64,000 nucleotides of DNA from Eledone cirrhosa (lineage: Eukaryota). The stretch lies in NCBI GenBank assembly GCA_964016885.1, contig OZ024743.1:176452001-176516000 (forward strand). The letters run 5' to 3'. The notes beneath the pieces are model-generated. The model did no database searches. It was not told where the DNA came from and saw only the letters and a list, made by a program, of their open reading frames with translations. Below are positions 14,394-27,074 of the stretch, one piece after another. The translations under genes were made by a program, and so were the position numbers. Positions within the stretch are counted from its first letter, which is position 1. Each line of letters begins with the position of its first letter.

Positions 14394-16250
14394 ATGGCTA
14401 CGAAAAAGAATTTTCATAGGTCACTCCCACTCATTCCGTCTTCTTCTTCCTCAATCGTCACTACAGCTGAAAGAAGATTGTCTCTCTCCCTCCCTTCTTT
14501 AAATGTGTCTCTCTCCCTCCCTTCTCTTTCGCAAGCGACAACAGAAAAGAAAAGTCTCGTGCAAAGCGTGCAAGATTTCTCCACGACGACGACGACAACG
14601 ACGAAACAGGTGTGCGGGAAATACGAAAACACATTTCATTCGTCTGACGTCAGGAATAATAGCAGTAGCAGCCGTAATAACAACAGCAACAGTGACAATG
14701 AAAACAACAGTAGCAGCCGCAACAGCATCAGCAGCAGCAGCATAAACAACAACAGTATTAGCAGCAGCAACAACAACAACTACCACAGCAACAGCGGCGG
14801 CGGCAGTAGTCGTAGTACCTGCAGCAACAACAAAGGTACCAGCAGCTCTGACGACAACAACAACAACAGCAGCAAAGAAAAACCAATCTCGTTTGCAGGT
14901 ATCGCAAAGAACCTGGAAACGATCCTCATAACAAATGAGGAATTAGAGGAAGCGAAGAAGATGGTGACAAAAACTGGACACCGAGCAATCTGCAAAGCAG
15001 CGGAAGCATTTTTCGAAACCCAACAGCACTGTACGGTCACGTACCGTACAGTAAGTACAAAATCCCGTAGGGTTGAAAAAGCCACAGAGGCTCAAATACA
15101 AAAAGCCTTGGTGTCTGTGTGGCCTCGGAAAACGCACATCACCCGAGGCAAGAAATATGCCACCGTAGACGTACTTTTTGCCACACCCCAGGAGGCAAAG
15201 GATCAATCCTTAGTGACCCTAAGGAGCGAGGAAATGGTGTTGGTGCCCTCCTACTACGGGCAAAAAATTGTGAGGGTCAAACTGACACACGTCCCTCCCG
15301 GGATGGCCCCTTCTTGGCTAGCCGCGTCTGTCCTCGTCGGAATCGAGGACAAAACAACTGTACTGCAAGTACAGAAAAAAGTAAGAGAAGATTGGGTCGG
15401 CACCTCCATTGAGATGTTAATCCAAACCAACAAGGAGTGCATCGAAGCTATCCCGGATGTGATAGACTTCGATAATGGCACTCAATTGCCCATAAGTGTT
15501 GAGGGCAAACGCCCGAAATGCTTTCGCTGTGGATCGAAGACTCACCTCAGGGCCTTCTGCAACGAGAAGACCCTGAGAAAGGAGAAAACCCCCCTCCTTC
15601 CGAAACCGGCTCCACAAGCGGCAACCAGGAACGATAGGTCCGTGGCACCCATACCCACGCCACGGAAATCAAAAACAGCAGCAGCAGTGGAAGTATTAAC
15701 AACAACAGCAATACCAAATGCAGCTGCAACAGAGATTACAGTGCAAACATCACCAACAACAACAAGTGAAAGAGAGGAGCTGGTACCCCTCCCCGACCTC
15801 ACAGAATCAGCCATGGAGTGTGAGGTGGGAGAGGGATGGCAAAAGGTCGTAAGAAGGCACAAACGCAGAAGCAGCGCATCGTCGCCTTCGAAAAGGGAGG
15901 AAAGAAATGAAAAAAGGGTAAAGGCTACTGCAAAGAAACTCACAGCAGCAACACCACCAACACCATCACCACCCACACTAGCACCACCATCACCACCGGC
16001 GACAACCCCACCGCCAACAACAACAACACCTTCAACACCACCACCACAATCACCAACAACGCAAACACAACAACAAAACACACACACCCAGCAACAACGA
16101 CAAGAAAATAGCAGAACCACACCCCACTCCCAGAAAAACAAATGCACAGCAATAAATACACACAACAAGAAACTAATGACTTACATAATTGAATACAGAC
16201 ATTTCACAACACGACTACATAATACCAGCACCAATCAAAACCCCAACTAA
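14394..16250 (+). CDS. LINE ORF1 gag-like protein with CCHC zinc knuckle
   Basis: Open frame from ATG 14394. CFRCGSKTHLRAFC matches CX2CX4HX4C; GWQKVVRRHKRR motif; S/N- and T/P-rich tracts. The C-terminus may continue by frameshift toward ~16500. Confidence 0.8.
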   Translation: MATKKNFHRSLPLIPSSSSSIVTTAERRLSLSLPSLNVSLSLPSLSQATTEKKSLVQSVQDFSTTTTTTTKQVCGKYENTFHSSDVRNNSSSSRNNNSNSDNENNSSSRNSISSSSINNNSISSSNNNNYHSNSGGGSSRSTCSNNKGTSSSDDNNNNSSKEKPISFAGIAKNLETILITNEELEEAKKMVTKTGHRAICKAAEAFFETQQHCTVTYRTVSTKSRRVEKATEAQIQKALVSVWPRKTHITRGKKYATVDVLFATPQEAKDQSLVTLRSEEMVLVPSYYGQKIVRVKLTHVPPGMAPSWLAASVLVGIEDKTTVLQVQKKVREDWVGTSIEMLIQTNKECIEAIPDVIDFDNGTQLPISVEGKRPKCFRCGSKTHLRAFCNEKTLRKEKTPLLPKPAPQAATRNDRSVAPIPTPRKSKTAAAVEVLTTTAIPNAAATEITVQTSPTTTSEREELVPLPDLTESAMECEVGEGWQKVVRRHKRRSSASSPSKREERNEKRVKATAKKLTAATPPTPSPPTLAPPSPPATTPPPTTTTPSTPPPQSPTTQTQQQNTHTQQQRQENSRTTPHSQKNKCTAINTHNKKLMTYIIEYRHFTTRLHNTSTNQNPN

Positions 16251-16517
16251 CATAAGTCTTCTAAAAATAGCACAGAAACAATACACAAACATTAAAACGA
16301 AATTCCCCAACGCAGTTGGTGATTTCAGAGACCTAGGAGGGACTCTCAATCGAAGAGTATATTCGGACATACTCATAGAAGAGCCGACAACCAGCCGAAG
16401 GAACGATTCAACGGTCCCTTCACCAGACGATCAAGTGGAAAGGGATGGAAAAACCATCCCTCCTCTACGAAAAGTACGGTAAGTGGTCTTTCCCATCTTT
16501 TCCACTCTATTTTAAAC

Positions 16518-19500
16518 ATGACCTCACTCAGAATAGGCAGCATAAATGCGCGTGGCTTGGGGTCGTCATGGAAGCAGGGTCACCTGCTCAACGACTTCAG
16601 GTCACTAAACATAGATGTAGTGGCCATCAGCGAGACCAGAATCTCCGAAGCACGGGCCTTCGCACCGATCTTCGGCGGCTACGATGTGTACGCATCTCCC
16701 AGCCGTCCTGGATCGGGGGGGGGGGGGAGTTGCTGTGCTTTTTCGGAGAGGTTTGGATCTCGCCATACGGGCCATCTTCCTGGACCCAGAGGGTAAGTTG
16801 GTGGTGTTGGACGTGACCAGCGGAGACGGGCAAGCTTTCAGGCTAGTGGCCGTCTATGCCCCGACAGGAGCAGGGCGGCCTGATTTCTTCCGGGTCTGGA
16901 GACATTTCTTGGAACGTCCCGCTCTTTGGTGTTAGTCGGCGACTGGAACGGGATCTTAGATGCACGCTGGGACTGTGTCGGATTAGCGGATAGGGGTGGA
17001 GGGTACAAGAGCCTCACCAACCTGCTCAGGCATTTTGAACTGTCTGACAGGTACCGATTGGATTTCTCGAATGTGCCAATGTGAACTTGGACAAATCGAA
17101 TAGGGTCATCCAGATCATATCTAGATAGAGTATTTTGTAGGGAAATAGAGAGGTCTAGCATAGGCTGTCCACAATTCAAGATAGTCAGCTACACGGACCA
17201 CAAATTCGTGATCTGTGTGCTTGACTTAGATAGGCTTCATAGACGAGGACCCGGCTACTGGAAGCTAAACGCGTCCTTACCAGCGCGCAAGGTCTACAGA
17301 AACCGGATTAGCGAACTAGTTAAGCGGGCGTTGACGGGGGCCATTGTCAACAACAAGTGGTGGTTTGCTCTGAAAAGAGCGATTAGAATAGAATCCATGA
17401 GGTTTAGTAAGGCTTTAGCAATAGAGAAATATAGAGCAGAGGGAGAACTAGTTAGAAAATTAGACGAGGCGCTTAGCAAAGGCATTGCGACCGACGTGCT
17501 TGCGGCGAAATTGGCCCTGACCAATTCTTTAATGCAAAGCACGAAGGCTGCGTTGTCAGAGCTAGGGTGCGTGCTCTCAGACACGAGGGGACGCAAGCCG
17601 TTCAATGGGCCCGAGTGGCGGAGGCGCGTCGTGGCAACAAAGCCACGATCCGGTCTTTGGTGGACCACGACGGGCGCATGCTACTCGATCCCGGGCAAAT
17701 GTGTGAAGTTTTTCAGCGACACTTCACTCAGCTGTTCGGGGGCAGCGGTGGGCCGGGTCGAGGGATGGACTTTAGTGACTACCTCGACGGACTGCCGCGG
17801 CTCTCGGCCACTGAGGCGGAGTGTTGCGAAAAGCCGATAACAACCGCTGAAGTAAGGGAGGCAATGACTGGTTGCACAAGGTTTAAATCGCCTGGTTTGG
17901 ATGGTCTGCCCTATGAACTTTACGTACAGATGTCAGACTTGTTCGGAGGCCTCTTGGCGGACGTATACTGCAACTGGCAACAGAACGGGAGAATTCCCAG
18001 TTCTGTGAGCCGAGGAGCGGTGGCACTGCTGAGAAAGGATCTGAACAAGGGGGATAACATAGATAATTTCAGGCCCATAACTCTGCTAAACACAGAGTTC
18101 TAGATTTTGGCCAAGGTGCTAGCAAAGAGGTTGGCGCTTGTCGTTAGTGGTCTGGTGGGAGAGGCACAGACATGAGCCATTCCCGACAGACCCATCCACG
18201 ACAACCTCCACCTCATGCGATACATCGTAGAGAGGGTAGTTAGGGAACCTGGTACGGGTGGGTCCTTCATCAATTTAGATCAGTCGAAAGCTTTCGATAG
18301 GGTCGACCATCGTTACCTAGCGGCAGTCCTGAGGGCGGCTGTCTTTGGGCCCGTCTTCAGAGGCTGGATCGCTGCCATGCACAGCGACATCTGCTCTGTG
18401 GTGAGAGTGAACGGTCACCTTTCCGAACCGTTTAACATCATGCGCTCGGTCCGCCAAGGATGTCCCTTCTCGTCCCTCTTGTACGTATTGACTCTCAAGC
18501 CATTACTGCACAAGCTGGAGACGTTCAGGGGCGTCCCGTGCGAACTAGGATGCGGAAGATCCGTGTCAGCATATGCGGACGATGTCACCGTAGTGGTGTC
18601 GAACGCCAAACACATCGAGGCGATCGGCACTACACTAAGAGAATACGAAGCGGTGACAGGAGCAATGATCAACCAGGAAAAGTCAGTGGGCCTGCAGCTC
18701 TGCACCTGGAGAGGCAGGTCCATGCCGCCCAACAGCGTCGTCGGGAGCTGGACGGACGGACCGGTTAAATTGCTAGGGGTCTGGTTCGGTCCTGATCTCC
18801 AGACGGACAAAAACTGGGACGAGATGCCGAGCAGGGTGGCTTCTCTCACCCAGAAATGGGCGGAGAGGAAGCTATCCCTGAAAGGTCGAGCGGAGGTGGC
18901 TAACGCGTACATCGCGTCTGTCATCTGCTACCGCCTGACCGTCGTACCTTGTCCTAAGCCTCGCCTGACTGCGCTGGAGCGTTTGCTCTTTCGCTTTTTG
19001 TGGAAGGGACGCGCTCCGATGGTCAGGTGGTCCATCTGTTGTCAACACCTGCTACGTGGAGGGCTGGGCATGCCGTGGCTGATGATGTGCAGGCACGCGC
19101 TCAGGCTACGACATCTCCACCTCTTCCTCGACGGTGATCAGGTGTGGTCGCCGTTTGCTAGACACGTATTTCCCCAGCTCGTTTCCTTGACCGAGCTGCA
19201 GTCCTGGGTCAAGCGAAGACCGAGAGGGAGCGCCTGGAGACTGGAATGTCTTCAGGCGCTCACAGCCCTCGACCAATCGGGCAATGTGATCGGTGGAAAC
19301 TCTACCTCGGCGTTCTATAGAGGATTAGTGGAGGGGAAGAGCGACGACGTACTTGGGGAAACTCTAGGCGTCGACGAAAATCAACTAGCCAATCTCTTCG
19401 GAAGAACTTTCGGGCCAGGGCCTATGGACAACTTCCAGAAATCTCTGGTCTGGCAGTGCTACCGAGGAGCCTTGCCAGTTCGGGATAAACTCTACAGGCA

Positions 19501-19939
19501 TGGAGGTGCCGTCAGCCGGGCATCTCCTAGATGCGCGCAGGGCGACGAAACCGTCCTGCACGCACTCGTCCAGTGTCCGAAAATTGCTGACTTGTGGGTT
19601 TATGTCGAACACCTGCTGTCGCGTTTAGGACGGATCCGGCTATCATCTGAGTCCATCGTGAGGATTGCCCCGCCCTCCTCCTTTAGCCGGGAAGGACAGG
19701 CAGTTTGTAACTGTTTGGTAGCCATGGCGAAAGAAATAGTATGGTGGACACGTTTGAAAGGGCTGAAGACGAGCACTTACCTCTTCGGTGATGCTCTGAT
19801 TAACTTTTTCAAATTTCATTTGAAAAGGAAAATCAGAGTAGAGAGGGAAGTGCTCTCTTCCCAGCATTTTGTTGAAAGATGGGTGAGAGAAGCAAGAATG
19901 GCCCGAGTGAATGGGCCTACTCTGAGTATATATCTGTAA
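16518..19939 (+). pseudogene. LINE ORF2 (APE endonuclease, reverse transcriptase, C-terminal Cys/His motif), disrupted
   Basis: SINARGL..ISETR, VYAP, GDWN, LDR, TDH (APE); KSPGLDG, FRPITLLN, DQSKAFDRV, QGCP, YADD at 18572-18583; CAQGDETVLHALVQC. Frameshifts at ~16720 (poly-G), ~16895 and ~17520; stops at ~17082, 18101 and ~18173. Confidence 0.93.
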
Positions 19940-20187
19940 ATTAAAGGTGGAAAACTGGGAGAGGGCACTTGCCTTGGTGGTCAGGGTCATTGTTGACTTT
20001 TACTGGGCTTTCTCCACAAATGTCCCACCGAAGTCTCCCCCCTATTGGGGAATTTTTCATTGTTATTTTTTGTTACATCCTCTGTTTTTGTTTTTTACAC
20101 GCAGAAATGCCCATTTGTACCGTCCTGTATTGTCCAGGACTGTCCTTAATGTGTACTTTATGTAAACCCTTGTGGTTAATAAAGAAA

Positions 20188-20246
<59 letters not shown>

Positions 20247-20247
<1 letters not shown>

Positions 20248-21718
20248 GCGTCGTGGGGCGCTGGACGGACGGACCGGTAAAGTTGCTCGGGGTTTGGTTC
20301 GGACCAGACCTCCAGGTGGAAAAGAATTGGAATGAGGTAACGAGCGGAGTAGCCAGTCTCACCCAAAAATGGGCTGGGAGGAAGCTATCACTGAAAGGTC
20401 GCGCGGAGGTGGCGAATGCGTACATCGTGTCCGTCATCTACTACCGCCTGACCGTCGTGCCTTGCCCCCACCCGCGCCTCGTCAAGTTGAAATGGCTCCT
20501 CTTCAAATTCTTGTGGAGGGGACAAGTTCCGTTGGTGAGGCGGTCCATCTGTACCAGCACCCTCTACGCGGAGGGCTGGGCATGCTGTGGCTAATGATGC
20601 GCAGACATGCGTTGAGGCTGCGACATCTCCAGATATTCTGCCTCAACGGTGAACAGGTGTGGTCGCCGTTTATCAGACGGGCCTTTCCGTAGCTCATTTC
20701 TTTGACTGAGCTGCAGTCCTGTTAAGAAGAGACCGAGACTGGGTGACTAGCACCTGGAATGTTGCCAGGCACTCACTGCCCTCTACCAAGCGGGCAATGC
20801 GATCAATGGAACTTCCACTCTCGAGTTCTATAGAGGATTAGTGGTGGGAAAGGTCGATGACGCACTCGGAGAAGCTTTGGGCTTCGACGAAGTCGAACTG
20901 ACCAGTCTGTACCGGAGGATTTTCGAGCCGGGGACGATGGACAATTTCCAGAAATCCCTCGCTTTGCAGTGCTACCGAGGGGGGGGGGTACTGCCGGTTC
21001 GGGATAAACTCAACAGGCACGGAAGTGCTGTCAGACGGACCTGCCCAAGATGCGCACAGAACGACGAAACCATTCTGCACGCACTTGTCCAATGTCTTGT
21101 GGAGTTATGTCGAACAGCTACTGTCACGTATGGAACGAATCCGGCTATCGGCCGAGTCCATAGTGAATATATACCCGCCGCCTTCCTTAGGTCAGGAAGA
21201 GCAGGAAATTTTCCTCTGTCTGGTGGCAGTTGCGAAAGATGTTATATGGTGGACCAGGTTAAAAGGACTGAAGACAGACACTTTTCTCTTCGGCCAATGC
21301 CTCATCAACTTCTTCAAGTTTCACCTGGAAAGGAAGGTGAGGGTGGAGAGAGAAGTGCTGCTCCCCAGTACATTTGCTAAAAGGTGGATGAATGTGGTGA
21401 GAATGGCTCGTGTGAATGGGCCTACTCTAACCATGCTCCTATAGGCTAGCTAACTTGAGGAGAGGGGTGCTCTCCCTGGGTGCCCTAGAAGCGCAGGGTG
21501 GTTCAGGATTGGTGGGGTACCCGAGTCACCCCAGGGTCGTCCACCCCCTATCGGGGAATTTATTTTGTTATATTTATGCATAGTTTATTTTATATTTTTA
21601 TATCTACATTGTTAAATTAGTCTTGCCATTGTGCACTTTTAATCGACCTTATTGTAAACCCCCAATGTCCCTGTCTTTGTATTGTCCCCTACATGTCGGC
21701 CCTTGTGGCTAATAAATG
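20247..21718 (+). mobile_element. 5'-truncated related Tx1-like copy (different subfamily)
   Basis: SVVGRWTDGPVKLLGVWFG...KLSLKGRAEVANAY...RVNGPTL is homologous to the ORF2 3' half. It has several stops and frameshifts and a different 3' UTR. Confidence 0.9.
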
Positions 21719-21724
21719 ATAGAT

Positions 21725-21912
21725 TGGCGGTAGATTGGCAGTATCGGTAGAGAGTCGGAGACCATGCTTTGACGCATAGAGTTACGGCCCTTGCCAATCT
21801 GAGTTCAAATCCCGCCGAGGTTAACTTTGCCTTTCATCCTTACGGGGTCGATAAAATAAAGTACCAGTAATACACTGGGTATTTGCTGGCCTTGTGCCAA
21901 TAGTAGAAACAA
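21725..21912 (+). mobile_element. tRNA-derived SINE (core resembles the Meta/MESC-type domain)
   Basis: tggcagtatcggtag A-box-like head; gagttcaaatcc B box; gcctttcatccttacggggtcgataaaataaagtaccag core; (ATT)n tail. Confidence 0.85.
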
Positions 21913-21931
21913 TTATTATTATTATTATTAT

Positions 21932-22035
21932 TTCTGTTTTTTTACACGCAGAAATGCCCATTTGTACCGTCCTGTATTGTCCTGTACTGTCCTTAATGTC
22001 TACTTTATGTGAACCCTTGTGGTTAATAAAGAAAA

Positions 22036-22037
<2 letters not shown>
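21932..22037 (+). mobile_element. ~105-bp 3' end fragment of the Tx1-like LINE
   Basis: Matches 20081-20186; flanked by (ATT)n. Confidence 0.85.
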
Positions 22038-22075
<38 letters not shown>

Positions 22076-22171
22076 TTTATGAGATTAGTATAAGTTGTAG
22101 CAGTTTTTAGTAGTAGTAGCAGTAGCAGCAGCAACAGCAGCAGCAGCAGCAGCAGCAGTAGTAGCAGCAGC

Positions 22172-22244
<73 letters not shown>

Positions 22245-22574
22245 CGTGCCTCTTTTTTGTTTTACGATGTATAAATAATTCAATCAATAAACAGATATAT
22301 GAACCAATCAATCAATAAATAACTAAAATTTAACGTAAATTCTTCTTAATGTGTCGATAGAAAAATAAAGCAGATGAGATTTCTGATAAATGGATTTGAA
22401 AAGAGTTTCGCGAATGAATAAACTATTTTAAGTGGACGTAAATTAGGATTCCAAACACATCGCCATTGTAAACAAACCAAGGCAGAGTTGAAGAAATATT
22501 GCTTTGCTCTGCTTCATAGGTAAACATTACATGTATTTAGATAGAAAGATTGTAATAATGATAACAATAATGGT

Positions 22575-23130
22575 AATAATGATGATGATGATGATGTTAT
22601 TTGATGCTGATGGTCATGATGATGTTATTTGATAATGATGATGATGATGATGATGGTCAGGATGATGTTATTTGATAATGATGATGATGATGATGGTCAT
22701 GATGATGTTATTTGATAATGATGATGATGCTGATGGTCATGATGATGTTATTTGATAATGATGATGATGCTGATGGGGATGACGATGTTATTTGATGATG
22801 ATGATGATGCTGATAGTCATGATGATGTTATTTGATAATGATGATGATGCTGATGGGGATGACGATGTTATTTGATGATGATGATGATGCTGATGGTCAT
22901 GATGATGTTATTTGATAATGATGATGATGCTGATGGGGATGACGATGTTATTTGATGATGATGATGATGCTGATGGTCATGATGATGTTATTTGATAATG
23001 ATGATGATGCTGATGGGGATGACGATGTTATTTGATGATGATGATGATGCTGATGGTCATGATGATGTTATTTGATAATGATGATGATGCTGATGGGGAT
23101 GACGATGTTATTTGATGATGCTGATGGTGA
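22575..23130. repeat. GAT-derived 40-bp minisatellite with 80-bp higher-order period
   Basis: gatgatgttatttgataatgatgatgatgctgatggggat alternates with gacgatgttatttgatgatgatgatgatgctgatggtcat. Confidence 0.9.
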
Positions 23131-23199
23131 TGATCATGATGAGGATCTTTATGATGATATATGAGGATGATGACAATAATATTGGTTAATTAATATGAT

Positions 23200-23420
23200 G
23201 ACGATGATGATAATGATAATGATGATTATGATGTTGATGATAATGATAATGATGATTATGATGTTGATGATAATGATAATGATGATTAGGATGTTGATGA
23301 TAATGATAATGATGATTAGGATGTTGATGATAATGATAATGATGATTAGGATGTTGATGATGATGATAATGATGATTATGATGTTGATGATGATGATAAT
23401 GATGATTATGATGTTGATAA
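23200..23420. repeat. 30-bp minisatellite
   Basis: atgttgatgataatgataatgatgatta(tg/gg), about 7 copies. Confidence 0.9.
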
Positions 23421-24096
23421 TGATGATGATGGCGATGATGGTAATGATCAACGATGATGATGATGATGTTAATGATGGTGATACTGATGAGTATGATGAT
23501 AATGATGGTGATGATGGTAATGATCAACGATGTTGATGATGATATCGAAAGAAGATTTAAGCGTATTCAAAATGTATTCAAAGTGAATCGTATTTAATTG
23601 TGATCTTTTGCAAATGTCAACATAACAACTCTTATCCTTATGGGTGGGCTGTGTTATTCATTACGTTCGAAGTATGTGTGCATGTATGTATGTATGCTTG
23701 TAGATATGTATGTGTGTATGTATGTATGTATGTATGTATGTATGTATGCATGTATGTCTGTATGTATGTATGCTTGTAGATATGTATGTGTGTATGTATG
23801 TATGTATGTATGTATGTATGTATGCATGTATGTCTGTATGTATGTATGCTTGTAGATATGTATGTGTGTATGTATGTATGTATGTATGTATGCATGTATG
23901 TCTGTATGTATGTATGCTTGTAGATATGTATGTGTGTATGTATGTATGTATGTATGTATGTATGTATGTATGTATGTATGTATGCATGTATCGATGTATA
24001 TATATTTATATATATATATGAGTGTGTGTATGTGTATATATATATATATATATGTATTTATTTATTTATTATATATATATATTTATTTATATATTG

Positions 24097-24168
<72 letters not shown>

Positions 24169-24343
24169 ACATATTATATATATATATTATATATTATATG
24201 TATTACATATATATATATATATATTATATATTATATATATATATTGTATATTATATATATATATTATATATTATATGTATTACATATATATATATATATT
24301 ATATATTATATATATATATTGTATATTATATATTATTATATAT

Positions 24344-24532
24344 TGGTGGAATGGCAGTATCGGTAGAGGGTCGGACGCCATGCTTTGACGCATAGAGTTA
24401 CGGCCCTTGCCATTCTGAGTTCAAATCCCGCCGAGGTTAACTTTGCCTTTCATCCTTACGGGGGTCGATAAAATAAAGTACCAGTAATGCACTGGTAAAT
24501 TTGCTGGCCTTGTGCCAAAAGTAGAAACAATT
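24344..24532 (+). mobile_element. tRNA-derived SINE
   Basis: Same family as 21725-21912. Confidence 0.85.
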
Positions 24533-26130
24533 ATATATTATATATATATTTTTATATATATATGCATCATATACTATACATATATATATATATATCATAT
24601 ATATATATATACATCTGAACATATGTGTGTATGTGTGTGTATGGATGTGTGTGTATGTCTGTGTGTGCGTGTGTGTGTGTATATGTGTGTGTGTGTGTCC
24701 AATGAATTTCTCAGATATCTTCTAATTAGCCAACCTAAATCTGCCATTTGCATAAATATTTTTGCAAATATTTATCACATCGCCGATATTTACATTACAG
24801 ATTCACACTGGGATTTATTTTAGATATTGTCTACAACTCGCAGAAACGATTATTTTACACATTCATAAATCCTGCTTAGTGAGACATGCCACGCATTGGG
24901 TCACATTGTTAGGCACACTGCTAGAAAATATTTTAACGTGACCCTAACAACCTAATGTGTTTCCTTTTCGTCTCCATATTCAATTGTATACCCTGTTTTT
25001 GTATTTAGTAATAACGAATTTTGAAGGATTTACTAAAATAATAATTATTTTAAGATTAAGCCTGTATTTGTAACAAAACTCAACGAAAGGATTTTATATC
25101 AAATACTTTCGGAAGATGTTTACATACGTTACAATGTGTATTTGGATACGCAAAGGATATTAAAATGTTTATTTAAATACGAACCCAATGAAATTGGTGG
25201 GTTTTTTTTTCAAAGAGCCATAGGCAATTTGGGGCAGTTTGGATCGATTTGTGGTGGTTTGTGGTGGTTTGTTATCAAAAGGGTTAACTCCAGTTTATAC
25301 ACTAATACCTCATAAAATGTCAATTATACAGCACTATCGATATTTAGGATGGTACAATATATCTCCCTTCTTCCGCCCCACATTTTCTTTTAAATTTTCC
25401 CCTAGTGAATCTATAGACACCGTTACCGATGTATTAGGAAACAAAACAATTAGTTTGATATTTCGCCATACTGCTGTGAGTAGAGTAAGTGAAATGCTGG
25501 GAAATTGAATTATTCCTGCTAATTACAGTATGGTTTATAGGCTGTTATGTAGATGAGTGGCTAATTACTGGAAAACTGGCGTCACAGGGATAATTCAACT
25601 TGACAGTTATGGTCGATGTTTGCAACTTTGTCAATGTATTAAGTAATAAATACAATATTATTTTCCATATAATTTTACGCTTTAATTTTTAGGGTCAACA
25701 TTTCTTATTGCAGACGTTTAGTTTCCTTTTCTTCTCTATAGCTAGCTATTTATCAATTCTCTATAGCTAGCTATTTATCAATCTCCACCCACAAGTATGC
25801 ATACGTTAATTCATATATATACACACATAAATATACACATAAAACTACGTATTGCTATGATTATATTAATCGAAGCAGGTTGTTAAGGTGAGGGCTGGCG
25901 TATGGTTTTGGAGGAACATTTTAATTTAATTTATAATTGATACTCGATGGTTTTATAGGATTTGTAGGTAGAATTAAATGTAGGATTCTGGCTTGTGTTG
26001 GCTTTGGTTTGTATATAACATATGTTTGGTTTAGACCTGTTTACGTAATAGTTGAGGCATGTACTGTATAGGTTATATTTACACACACAAACACAAACAC
26101 ACACACACACACATACACACATACACACAC

Positions 26131-26183
<53 letters not shown>

Positions 26184-26689
26184 GTATATATATAGAAGTA
26201 GTTCCACAACAGTTAGTTCACTGTGGAACTACTTCTACGAAACTCGTCCCATGGACTGAGTGCTCTACTACTACGGATGTATCCCACCAGTGTTCTACTA
26301 TTATATATGCATACATACTTACACACACACACACACACAAACACATATATATATATATATAAAGGTCGCGTCTACAAACCGAGAATGCGTGGTATACTGA
26401 GGTCGTCTGGCGCAATGATCGTGCCGATCGACGGATCAATTTGGTTTCAATTCTTTGTTTATATGTTGTTGTAACTCAGTAGTTGATTACAAAATATTTT
26501 AATTTCTTCTTTGTTTTTCTTAATTACACTTGATGACGTCACCGAGTGCCTTGCCTCATGCCATAAACATGCCACAAAAATACGTATCATGTATTAAAGG
26601 ATTATATTGTAAATCGGTTCTCTTTTTCATTGATATATATATATAATATAGATAAGTTTCTACAGGACTAGAACTGTTTCATTTGTGAG

Positions 26690-26728
<39 letters not shown>

Positions 26729-26938
26729 GTTTAATAAAGAAATGGCTTCTACGGGACTAGAACAGTTTCGTTCAAAGGAAATCTTCAGGCTTTCCTGGTG
26801 GTTTCTTTTGAATGGAACAGCTCTCTAGTCCTGTAGAAGCAATTTCTGTATTAAAATTCATGTTTACAATCTAGTGATGTACTGAGTACCTTACTTATTC
26901 TTACTTAGCCTCGATTAAACCCGGGACTTACACACATA

Positions 26939-27059
<121 letters not shown>

Positions 27060-27074
27060 ATATATATTTGTATT

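Larger units (their letters stand above)
14179..20187 (+). mobile_element. Near full-length Tx1/L1-like LINE inserted in (ATT)n
   Basis: 5' UTR, ORF1, disrupted ORF2, and a 3' UTR ending taataaagaaatc followed by (ATT)n. (ATT)n also lies upstream. Confidence 0.92.

Noticed and set aside
15542-16168. 208-aa minus-strand ORF
   Set aside because: Antisense shadow of the low-complexity part of LINE ORF1.
21725-21815. tRNA gene
   Set aside because: A/B boxes belong to a multi-copy SINE head; no intact cloverleaf.
25010-25290. piggyBac-like end (aaagggttaa), with related sequence at ~53150-53335
   Set aside because: The repeat similarity is real, but no matching opposite terminus or TSD could be identified.
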